Shown: positions 49,201 through 57,400 of the stretch, piece by piece
How positions within the stretch are numbered: the stretch's first letter is position 1
How the letters are laid out: every line of letters begins with the position of its first letter
Origin: Thermoanaerobaculia bacterium
GTDB lineage: Bacteria; Acidobacteriota; Thermoanaerobaculia; Gp7-AA8
Reading direction: 5' to 3'
NCBI GenBank assembly: GCA_035999335.1
Contig: DASYGV010000008.1
Span: forward strand, 3,700-67,699
DNA: 64,000 nt
Position numbers and translations under genes: made by a program
The notes under the pieces: model-generated
What the model saw: only the letters and a program-made list of their open reading frames with translations
Databases searched by the model: none
Told to the model about the DNA's origin: nothing

Positions 49201-50046
49201 CTCGATGCGATTTGCATACAACGGAGTCCCCTTCAGCGGCGCGAGAGTCTGGCCCGTGCAGGTTCCGCCCGGGCTGAGGCTGGAGAACTTGTGGTTGTAG
49301 GTCGCATCGAAGGGCTTCGTCGTCGAGCCGACCGCCGGACGAACGAACCCAACCGGCGAAAGCTGTCCAAACGACATGTCCTGATACAACTGCCACAGAC
49401 TCTTGCCGGAGGTCTTCGAATTCACGGCGGCATCGAGGGCCTGCGCAGTGTGATTCCCGGTGCATTCCTCATACGGCTGACCGGGTCCCGTGCAGTGTTT
49501 GATGTCCTGGTACTGCACCATGACGACCGGAAACGGCCGCTCGCCATAGCGCGCGGTCTGAAGCGTCGTCACCTTCGGTCCCATCGTCTTTGCAGCAACC
49601 GCCTGAGGGATTCCCGTGACGGACGCGGTGAGGCTCGCGTTCGCGGAGAGATCTTTCCAAATGATCTCGGGGTCCTGATCGAGATCGAGCGCCTTCGCAC
49701 GAATCAGAATGCGCCCGCTCCCGTTGGGAGCCAGGATTCCGACGTTCCACGTCAAAGGTGAAGCCGGAGTGCCGATTCCGGAGTTGGGTGCAGGCGTGGC
49801 GTTCACGAAGACGGCCGATGCCGGCAAAGTGACCTTGACGACCACGGAAGTTGCACCCGCGGCACCCGCGTCGTATTGCACAAAAAACGGGTAGGTCTCC
49901 CCGGGCTGGACCCATCCGTAGGCGGAGTTGAACTTCGCAGCAAGTTTTACCGCCTGCCCGTGGGCGGCGGCGGATCCGAAGACCAGGACTGCTAACACTA
50001 GGTAAAACAAGGACTTCCTGCCGGACTGCGGCTTCCCGATGTTCAT
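46234..50046 (-). CDS. secreted M6 (immune inhibitor A-like) metallopeptidase, 1271 aa, with C-terminal CARDB-like domain
   Basis: ORF trimmed to MNIGKPQSGRKSLFYLVLAVLVFGSAAAHGQ. VIAHEYGHSLGLPDFY (HExxHxxGxxD M6 motif). The C-terminal PDLVVASIRAEP...TVTALISNTGDSTA segment is CARDB-like. Confidence 0.85.
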   Translation of the reverse strand: MNIGKPQSGRKSLFYLVLAVLVFGSAAAHGQAVKLAAKFNSAYGWVQPGETYPFFVQYDAGAAGATSVVVKVTLPASAVFVNATPAPNSGIGTPASPLTWNVGILAPNGSGRILIRAKALDLDQDPEIIWKDLSANASLTASVTGIPQAVAAKTMGPKVTTLQTARYGERPFPVVMVQYQDIKHCTGPGQPYEECTGNHTAQALDAAVNSKTSGKSLWQLYQDMSFGQLSPVGFVRPAVGSTTKPFDATYNHKFSSLSPGGTCTGQTLAPLKGTPLYANRIENGWYLLPGTQGYYGADKTGHALLGALTGQGLLFGVDDACGPTAKIVYDAASLADPDLDYNDFDTDKDGVVDFFNLMFAGDGGNGNTSVTGINNVWPHKSDLQYYFTDANGEQGYVSNDMLRNHEGQVMWWTDSSRREMTTTYTGIPVFIRVGPYNVNPESAVEKMSVIAHEYGHSLGLPDFYSTGSRATMGSWELMGSDHAQFMTVFSRQDLGWIVPLEATDGIYTLRESKKDTGEITWKRPDGTPYTLTGPGIHNADALRVDLPKVKLIDSVPSGVRAWHSGQGDDFGCPGHTLDVFLPDLVQHANAPAITLKFKSLFEIEWDWDYAFVLASVDGGQTWTSLASRNGTTLTGFNPNNNACNLQYGNFITGVSGEANALTNTNRHLGTYPDPQWIDDEFDLTPFKGQELLLRFAYSTDPAVAKRGWFIDDIDISAGAQQIYASDFESSDEHTRLFPNGFSRVSSADGVNLDHAYYIEVRDRNSWDKDGKGQSERGDPTWAPGLAILYTDENHGYGNTGASDQPAQTVVDSQPQPGNATPNLDDAAYTLGTNDNEFDGCTHIDNYQTATSATWKLPAGVALTLTGLTGFTSDGNTTNLTATVIADVTPDCSIVKQPPVLRFGVGHTEPDTDGKIELAWDRPAGATGPDELQEATFLASLASDDAESGLGQWVSSTEGTGAFNWETSSLKVSSGSNSFWGRAAEGATNATSTLTYAQPIAIPAVGTATLEFSDWSMNESDDKVVVQIAEDDGTLDWDTVYESARSALAPDAALAFDAEAMTPQSISLTAYKDKSIRLRFRFITGPENKPGSTPMGWFVDDVRVESSNWADLATTAGTTYIRNGVSTGMYYYRVRTTFAAGPVGLPSGWSNVVSTQVYYTPPPAQKPDLVVASIRAEPSHGTSDELTVTALISNTGDSTAAPSKTKIQIDGNAFIGVVETPALAPHGWIEVTVQTSGHSGQTTIDVTADSSNEVDESVETNNTNTITIQLP

Positions 50047-50148
50047 ATGCTGTTCGACCCTTCTTCTCTCGCTTTTGGTAGTGTTACCACTACCCTGCCC
50101 GGCGCAAGGCACAAAGGGTGCCAGTTCTCAGGAGTCTGCGAGTGAGGC

Positions 50149-50228
50149 CGGATCGGATCGATGGACGCGTTCCATCGCGGCCTGGAAAGCCTGTCAATCC
50201 GCGTGGTCTGAAGCCTTCAGCGGGGCGA
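50149..50228. repeat. ~80-bp direct repeat, copy 1 (flanks the Uma2 gene)
   Basis: Hand alignment to 50925-51002 gives about 70 of 80 positions identical with two 1-nt gaps. Shared core: GTTCCATCGCGGCYTGGAAAGCC...TGGTCTGAA...TTCAGCGGGGCGA. Confidence 0.75.
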
Positions 50229-50255
50229 TGAGGGATGAGGGTTGCGTCGAAACCG

Positions 50256-50831
50256 TCAGGGCACTGCGCTGTTGCGGTAGATCTCGTCGACGAACAACTC
50301 CGCGCTCAACGAAGGAACTGCGACGCTCCCGCCCTTGACCGCGTCTCGGGCGGTCCAACCGCCCATCGATTCGCGGAAGTGGATCGTGATTCGTCGTTCG
50401 CGATGCGACACGATCACATACTCGCGAATGCTCGGGATCGTCCGGTAGTACTCGAGCTTCAGGCCGGTGTCGTAGTCCTCCGATGAGTCACTCGTCACCT
50501 CGACGAGAATCGTCGGATTGAGAGCCGTGACATTGGGACTGGGGTCGTGTTGCTGAAGCGGTCCGCAAATCACCGACACATCCGGAAACGTGGCCAGACC
50601 GACGCTTTCCACGTAGATCCGCAGATCCGAGGTGTGCACGCGACTCGGACGATCTCCGACGGCGTTGCCGAGCGCCCAGACCATCGTCGCCGCGAGAGCC
50701 GAATGCTCCTCGGAACCGCCGGCCATCGCATAGATCTCGCCATCGAGGAACTCATGTTTTTCGGCGGACACCATCTCCAGCGCGACGTAGTCGGCATACG
50801 TGTATCGATGGAGTCGGCGCGTCTCACGCAT
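50256..50831 (-). CDS. Uma2-family (DUF820) restriction-endonuclease-fold protein
   Basis: ORF trimmed to MRETRRLHRYTYADY. HEFLDGEIYAMAGG, PDVSVICG, TILVEVTSDSS and LKLEYYRTIPSIREYVIV. Confidence 0.85.
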   Translation of the reverse strand: MRETRRLHRYTYADYVALEMVSAEKHEFLDGEIYAMAGGSEEHSALAATMVWALGNAVGDRPSRVHTSDLRIYVESVGLATFPDVSVICGPLQQHDPSPNVTALNPTILVEVTSDSSEDYDTGLKLEYYRTIPSIREYVIVSHRERRITIHFRESMGGWTARDAVKGGSVAVPSLSAELFVDEIYRNSAVP

Positions 50832-50924
50832 CGAGGCGATTCTACGCGGAAACGCAGGCAGGCCAACGAACAAGGCCACCGTTGCCGGTGGCCTGCGAAC
50901 ATTCCTGCTGGAGCCGAGTAAGGT

Positions 50925-51002
50925 CGGATCGATCGATGGAGGTGTTCCATCGCGGCTTGGAAAGCCCGTCACACCGGTGGTCTGAAACTTTCAGCGGGGC
51001 GA
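50925..51002. repeat. ~80-bp direct repeat, copy 2 (overlaps the last 12 nt of the MBL gene at 50991)
   Basis: See copy 1. Its final tcagcggggcga is the stop plus the last three codons (SPR) of the MBL gene. Confidence 0.75.
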
Positions 51003-52397
51003 GCGTTTCCTGCCGCGGAACTTCACTGTGATTTCCTTGACCAGCCCCGCCTCGCCTTTTCCTTTGCAGTCGGTGGTCGAGTGATAGTCACTGCGCGCCT
51101 TGAGCTCGGCGACGAGCGTCTTGCGCGGCACTTCCGTGTGCGAATCCGTGTCGCCATGTTTGCCCCGTCGCGTCGACATCAGCGTCACGATCTTCGGCTT
51201 GTTTTTGAACAGCTCCCAAAGCGGTTTCGGCGTGGCGTTGAGACTTCCGTGATGACCGACCTTGTACAAGTTCGTCGCGCGGAGCCGCCTGCGCATCGCG
51301 ACCCGATTCTTCGCGTGGTTCAACGCGTAGTCCCAGTTCTCGATTTGCGCGTCGCCCGGAAAAAGGAGCAGCTTGCCGTTCACTTCGAACAGAAGAATGA
51401 GACTCGTGTTGTTCAGCGTGCCGTCGATGATCCGTACGAGCTCGAGCAGCTGCTTTGCCTGCGCCTGGCGCAGCTTGCGTACAAACCAGCGCACCGACTT
51501 CGGCAGCGCGTCTCCCTGCACCGACGGCGCGTCCGGAAAGAGCTTCTCGACGGTGAGCTCCGCGCTCACGCGCGTGGCCGCGGCCTGAAGGCTCCAGTAC
51601 TGGTCCGACTCCTTTGCGTACGAACGGACTTCCGGATGATCCTCGATCGTCGGCGGTCCAAGGACGTGCACCTTCACGCCCGGGAGGACTACACCCGCGA
51701 GCGCGGTCTTCATGCCGTACGACAACCATTCGTGCGCCCTGCCCATCGCCTGCAGATTGCGTACGGCGGCGAGGTTCTTGAGGTTCGTTTCGCCGAGGAA
51801 CCCGAGACGGCTGACGAGCGTGCGCCCCACGCCGAGCTGGCCGACCATCGCGCGGTCCGGTTGCGGCTCCGGCGACTCCTCTTCGGCGACGTCGTTCTCG
51901 GCCTCGTCTTCCAATTCCTCGAACTCGTGTGCCTTGACGCGCGCGACGACTGCCTTCGCTACGTTTTGCATCGAATCGAGCGATCGGGCGTGGAGCGCGG
52001 AGAACGCCTTCCCGTCGGTTCGTGCGGCGCCACGTCCCCGCACGGCGCCTCGCGGCAGCTCCGGGTCCTCGGTCCACGGCTGGATGATCAGTGCGTTTTC
52101 GCTGATGCTCCTGATGACGTCGCCCGGACCTTTGCCGTTCGCACGCGGCGTGAACCCGCTGATGTGATCCGCGTGACGATGCGTCACGATCACCGCGTCG
52201 AGCCGCCCCCCGGTGATCTTCTTGATGTTGGCCGCGGTGTCATCCATCTGCGACTCGCGCCGCTCTGGAGCCGCCGTCGAGCCGAAGTCGATCAGGATGT
52301 GCCGTTCGCGATCGTTCTTGTAGCGGAACGTCAACAGGAAGCAGTCGCCAAACCCAACGTTGTACATCCGGATGCGGACATCGACCGGACTCGCCAT
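50991..52397 (-). CDS. MBL-fold metallo-hydrolase, ComEC/Rec2-type motifs (module 2, gene B)
   Basis: 468 aa. YNVGFGDCFLL, ILIDFG, THRHADHISGF, FPGDA, YKVGHHGSLNATPK. Paralogue of 44845-46197. Its start codon directly abuts the stop codon of gene A (0-nt spacer). Confidence 0.85.
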   Translation of the reverse strand: MASPVDVRIRMYNVGFGDCFLLTFRYKNDRERHILIDFGSTAAPERRESQMDDTAANIKKITGGRLDAVIVTHRHADHISGFTPRANGKGPGDVIRSISENALIIQPWTEDPELPRGAVRGRGAARTDGKAFSALHARSLDSMQNVAKAVVARVKAHEFEELEDEAENDVAEEESPEPQPDRAMVGQLGVGRTLVSRLGFLGETNLKNLAAVRNLQAMGRAHEWLSYGMKTALAGVVLPGVKVHVLGPPTIEDHPEVRSYAKESDQYWSLQAAATRVSAELTVEKLFPDAPSVQGDALPKSVRWFVRKLRQAQAKQLLELVRIIDGTLNNTSLILLFEVNGKLLLFPGDAQIENWDYALNHAKNRVAMRRRLRATNLYKVGHHGSLNATPKPLWELFKNKPKIVTLMSTRRGKHGDTDSHTEVPRKTLVAELKARSDYHSTTDCKGKGEAGLVKEITVKFRGRKRSPR

Positions 52398-54101
52398 CTA
52401 CCACTCCTCCTCGGGGCGTTTCTTCGATCGCGTGGCGCGCCGAAGATGCAGGCTCGAGATCGACAGGCGCGCCGTGGACTCTCCGCGCAACGCGCCCGAC
52501 TCCCACAGGAAGTCGAGTCGTTTCTGCTGCTGCTCGACGCTGCGCAGCGGGTTGTACACGTGATACTTGAGGTGGCCGTATTCGTCGAAGATCAGCGCGC
52601 CGCCGCCGAACAGACGCAGCTTCTTCTCGTCCGGCATTCCCTCCGGCTTGCGCATGTCGAGGGAGTCGAGCTCCGACGCCAGCGGCTCGAGGATCTGCAC
52701 GTATTCGCAGACCGTCTCATGGAGCACGAATCCGTCGGAGCCGACGCGCATGCACGGACGCACCGTGGTCACACGCGTGAACGCTTCCGGGTGCAGGCCG
52801 AGGTCGCGGCGGTTCTCCCAGACAAAATGAAACACCTCGTCGTGATCGCGCCGCATCGCGTCGAAATGCGTCCGCGAGTAGTCGAGCTTCTCCGGCGCCG
52901 CCTTCCAGTACCCATCCGCCGTACCCGACGCCGGCTTGATCCCGAACGCCTGGAACGCCGATCGAACGCACGCGCGCAACTCATACCGCGTGTCGGCCGG
53001 CCGGATCTCGCGATCGGCGGTCAGGAGCGCGGAAAGGTAATCGCCGAATGTGACATCGACCGGCGGCGCGTAGTCGAGCGCCCGAATCGCGGAGGTGAGG
53101 AGGCAGTCCGCGATGTCCGCTCCTTCTTCGATCGCGCGCGAGCGATCGACGCGCGTGCGATCGCGAATCAGGGCCGTCAGACGCCGGCTCCACATCTCCA
53201 CAAACGCCGTCAGCATCGCCGCGACGAGGATCTCTCCGCGGCGATGCGCCTCCACGAATTCCTCGTCCTTATGGTAATGATCGGGACTCGGTGCGAGGTC
53301 ACGCATCGAATGCCGCAGCGGGCCGCGCACCAGATTCAATTCGTCGCCGACCTGTTCCGCCAATCCGAAGATCATGTTCTTTCGCAACGCTTCGCGAGAG
53401 AGATCCTTCGTGCTCAAAGGAGCGTCGCCGCGGCCGCGATCGATGGTGCTCGCGATGACTGCCGGCAGCGAGAACACGGACAGGAGCGCAACCACGTCCG
53501 CGAATCCTTCGTGGAACGCGGCTTGATCGGCCGACGACGGCTCGCGGTAGCGCTCCCGGAGTCCGTCGATGAGCGCGTGCGTCGTTTCGTGCACGATGAT
53601 GTCGTGGGAGAGACAGGTGAACACCGGCGCCCCGCCCTTGCCCGGGAAGTAGCCGAACAGAAGCGCGTTGAGCTGGTCGGAGTAGAACGCATTCGCCTCC
53701 GAGAACGCGTGCGGAGCGACTTTGAGCTGATGGCCGTCGAATCCCCAGTTGATGCGGCGGCCGAGGGCGAGCTCGAAGCGGCTGAGCGTCTTCATCACCA
53801 GCGCGTAGACGTTGTGCCGGTGGAACTCCGGGTCGCGAACGAGCTTGTCTCCCAGACCCTCTTTCGGTTGCTTCGACCAGCGATCGGGATCGATCCGGGA
53901 GGCGGGCGTGTAGAGCGTATCCGTCGCTGCGTCGAAGTCGACGACTTCGACGCGGTATCCGACCGGCCCGGGACTCAGCTTCTCGGCTGGAATGGTGATC
54001 TGGGCCAGCAGGATCTCGCCGTCGACGCGAACGGTCGGATCCTGCGCGATGATCGTGACGCTACGCTCCCGCGGCGGCGGCAGTGCGGCAGATTCCTTCA
54101 T
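52398..54101 (-). CDS. cytoplasmic HExxH gluzincin-like metallopeptidase-fold protein (module 2, gene A)
   Basis: 567 aa, no signal peptide. TCLSHDIIVHETTHALIDG then FHEGFADVVALL. It shares LxPGPV, VVDxDxA..T.Y.P, FE.ALGRRI.W, RG.ILVAA and ALDYxPPVDxTFGxYL blocks with 42924-44843. Confidence 0.8.
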   Translation of the reverse strand: MKESAALPPPRERSVTIIAQDPTVRVDGEILLAQITIPAEKLSPGPVGYRVEVVDFDAATDTLYTPASRIDPDRWSKQPKEGLGDKLVRDPEFHRHNVYALVMKTLSRFELALGRRINWGFDGHQLKVAPHAFSEANAFYSDQLNALLFGYFPGKGGAPVFTCLSHDIIVHETTHALIDGLRERYREPSSADQAAFHEGFADVVALLSVFSLPAVIASTIDRGRGDAPLSTKDLSREALRKNMIFGLAEQVGDELNLVRGPLRHSMRDLAPSPDHYHKDEEFVEAHRRGEILVAAMLTAFVEMWSRRLTALIRDRTRVDRSRAIEEGADIADCLLTSAIRALDYAPPVDVTFGDYLSALLTADREIRPADTRYELRACVRSAFQAFGIKPASGTADGYWKAAPEKLDYSRTHFDAMRRDHDEVFHFVWENRRDLGLHPEAFTRVTTVRPCMRVGSDGFVLHETVCEYVQILEPLASELDSLDMRKPEGMPDEKKLRLFGGGALIFDEYGHLKYHVYNPLRSVEQQQKRLDFLWESGALRGESTARLSISSLHLRRATRSKKRPEEEW

Positions 54102-54230
54102 TTACTCTAGGAGTGCCGCAAACACGCATTTCCCTACTCATGTACGGACCGTAGGTCCATCCAAACGGCAAACGCCGGCCCAACGGACCGTCATCCACCA
54201 AGGCATCGCGGCGACCGACCGGGCTCGGCG

Positions 54231-54263
54231 TAAAACAGCGACGCCGGCCTCACGGCCGGCGTC
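54231..54263 (-). terminator. intrinsic terminator downstream of tRNA-Thr
   Basis: On the minus strand: GACGCCGGCC-GTGA-GGCCGGCGTC followed by GCTGTTTTA. Confidence 0.6.
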
Positions 54264-54277
54264 GATCAAGATTCATC

Positions 54278-54353
54278 TGGAGCCGTTGACCGGACTTGAA
54301 CCGGTGACCTGCTGATTACGAATCAGCTGCTCTACCAACTGAGCTACAACGGC
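54278..54353 (-). tRNA. tRNA-Thr (anticodon CGT)
   Basis: Hand-folded: GCCGTTG acceptor, GCTC/GAGC D-stem, GCTGA-TTCGTAA-TCAGC anticodon arm, ACCGG-TTCAAGT-CCGGT T-arm, encoded CCA. Confidence 0.9.
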
Positions 54354-54493
54354 TTATCGCCCGGGGACCGAAGGGGATCCGCACGGACCCTCGGCTCAAC
54401 GGCGCGGGCGCGGATTTTATTCACGGCCATCGGGTCTGTCGAGTCATTTCCGTCTAAACTGGCGCGTCCAAAGGTCCAGGAGCCCTGAACAAC

Positions 54494-57400
54494 ATGATCG
54501 TCGTCCCCCGCTGTGCAGCGCTTGCCGCGCTGGTTGTCCTTCTCGCTCTTCCTCTTGCCGCGCAGCAGAATCCGTGGGATGCGCCGGCATTCACCGCCGA
54601 CCCGAAAGCGCTGATCGCCGCCGCCGGACGCGTCGAAGCCGGCGACTACTCCGTGGTCATGCTCCTCGACGAAGCCGAATACGTCGTCGGCGCCGAGGGC
54701 GAAACGCGCAGCCGCGAGCGCGTCATGCTTTACGTCGTCACCGACGCCGGCGTCGAATGGTCGAGCGAAGTCCGCGCGCCGTGGGCGCCGTGGCACGACG
54801 AGCGTCCCACGATCGAAGCGCGCGTCGTCACGCGCGACGGCAACGTCGTCCCGCTCGACCAGAGCGCGGTCGTCGAAGTCCCGGCCGGCGAAGAGACCGA
54901 CATCTTCAGCGACGGCCGCGTCCTTCGCGCGCCGCTCCCCGCCGTCGCCACCGGCTCGGTCATCGAATACGTCATCACGCGCGCCGGCAGAAATCCCATC
55001 CCCGGCGCGGGCACGGCCATCCACTACAACTTCGGCGGCTACCTGCCGATCGAGCGCACGCGCGTCACCATCGACGCGCCGCTGACCGTCGACCTGCGCG
55101 TCGTCAACCAGACCGGCGTCGAGCCTCGCCTTGACGAGAAAAACACAGAGAAAGACGGCCGCCGCCGCACCGTGTACGAGGCCGCACGCATCGAGGGAAC
55201 GCGCGAGCTCGACGAGTACGTGCCCTACGACGTCGCCGTGCGGCGCTACCTCGCCTTCTCCACCGGAAAGTCGTGGCAGAACATCGCCACCAGCTACTCC
55301 GCGATCGTCGACAAGCAGATCGCCGACGGCGACCTCCAGAAACTCGTGCGCGGTGCGGTCGGCACCGCCACCGACCGCAAGGAAGTCGTTGCGCGACTCC
55401 TCGCCGCGATCCAGAAAGACATCCGCTACGCCGGCATCGAGATCGGCGAAGGCTCGATCGTCCCGCGCACGCCGCGGCAGGTGCTCGCGAACCACTACGG
55501 CGACTGCAAGGACAAAGCGTCGCTGCTCGTGGCCATGCTCCGCCTGTCCGGCTTCTCCGCGCACGTCGCGCTCCTCAACGCCGGGAGCGGCTTCGACACG
55601 CAGCCCGAGCTCCCTGCGCTCAGCTACTTCAATCACGCCATCGTCGTCGTCGATGAATCAACGACGGGCGAGCCCGCGATCTGGGTCGATCCGACCGACG
55701 TCTTCGCGCGCGCCGGCGAATTGCCGCAACTCGACCAGGGCCGCATGGCGCTGATCGCGAGACCGGAGACGACGACGCTCACTCGCACGCCCGAGATCGA
55801 GTCGACGGCGCACGTCTATCGCGAGCTGCGCACGTTTTATCTCCCCGAGGACGGCAAGGCGCGCGTGGTAGAGATCACGGAGCCGAGCGCAACCACCGAG
55901 GCAAGCCTGCGCCGCTGGGTCACCGGCTTCGATCCGAAGAGACTGCGCGAGCAGATCGAAGAGTACGCGAAGTCCGCGTACGTCGCGAAAACGCTCACGC
56001 GCTACGAAACGACCGAGTCGAAAGATCTCACCAAGCCGTTCCGCCTGACCGTGGAAGTGCCCGAATCCGGGAGCAGCAGCGTTGGAAACGGCGAAGGGGC
56101 CGTGATCATCAACCTCGCGTCGCTGCCGCAGAACGTTCCGAACACGCTGCGCGACTGGAAGGAAGTGGAGCCCGGCGAGAGCCCCGACGACGCACCGAAG
56201 AAGCGGACGCACGACTTCCTCTTCCCGCAGCCGGGCGTGCGCGAATGGGTGTATCGGATCGTGCCGCCGGTCGGATACCTGCCGCGGACGCTTCCCGCGA
56301 ACGAGACGAAGAACATCGGAACGACGAAGTTCTCGCAGGAGCTTCGCACCGAGGCGGACAACACCGTCGTCGCGACGTTCCGCTTCGACAGCGGCAAGCG
56401 CCGCATCACGCGCGCCGAGTTCGAGGAGACACGGGTCGCGTTCACGAAGTTCGTCACGACCAACACCGTCACGATCGGCTTCGAGATGGCCGGCCAGTCG
56501 AAGCTGAACGCCGGCGACGTCCGCGGCGCGCTCGACGAGTTCCGGCGTCTGGCCGCGCTGCATCCGAAAGAAGCGCAGCACCACATCGAGACCGCGCGCG
56601 CACTGCTCGCAGGCGGCCTCGGCGACGCGGCCCGCGACGAGATCCGCCGCGCCGTCGCCATCGAGCCGAAGAACGCGCGGGCGCATCAGATGTTCGGTTA
56701 CATCCTCCTCCACGACTCTCTCGGACGCATGTACCGCAAAGGCTTCGATCTGAAGGGCGCCATCGCCGCGTATCGCAAAGCGAAGGAGCTCGACTCCGAC
56801 GACTATGCGATCCGCTCCTCGTTCGCGAACGTGCTTTCGTACGGCGAAGACGGTTATCGCTTCGGCCGCGGCGCGCGTCTCACCGAAGCCGTCGACGAGG
56901 TCCTGGCGATGGCCAAGGACCTCGGCGAAGGAGGAAAGCCGATGCTCCCCGAGCTCGCGCTGCTCTATTCGCACATGGGCCGTTTCGCCGACGTGCGGAC
57001 GCTCGCACCGACGCTCGAGGACACACGGCAGCGCGACATGGCCAGCGTCCTCGCCACCGCGTCGCTCGACGGCGCCGAGGCCGCGGTCCGCGAGCTCGGC
57101 GCGTTTGACCAGCAGCGCAAGCGCACATACGCGTCCAACGTCGCGCAGACGTTGCTGGCGCTGCGTCTCTATCCGCAGGCCGCCGCGCTGATGGACGTCG
57201 CCACGCAAGGCACCGCCGCCGCCGCCGAGCAGAGGCAGGCCATCGACCTGTTCAAGAAGCTGAAGCGAGTCGAAGACACACCACAGGACAACGGACCTCG
57301 CGGCGTGGTCGCGAAGTTTTTCGACGCGTTGATGATGAAAGACGTCGCGATGCTCAGGCAGCTCCTCCCCGCCGAATACATGAACGGCGACGACGATCCG

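Noticed and set aside
51081-54110. 1009-aa plus-strand ORF spanning both module-2 genes
   Set aside because: Antisense shadow crossing a gene boundary. The minus-strand frames carry HExxH and HxHxDH motifs and align with the module-1 proteins.
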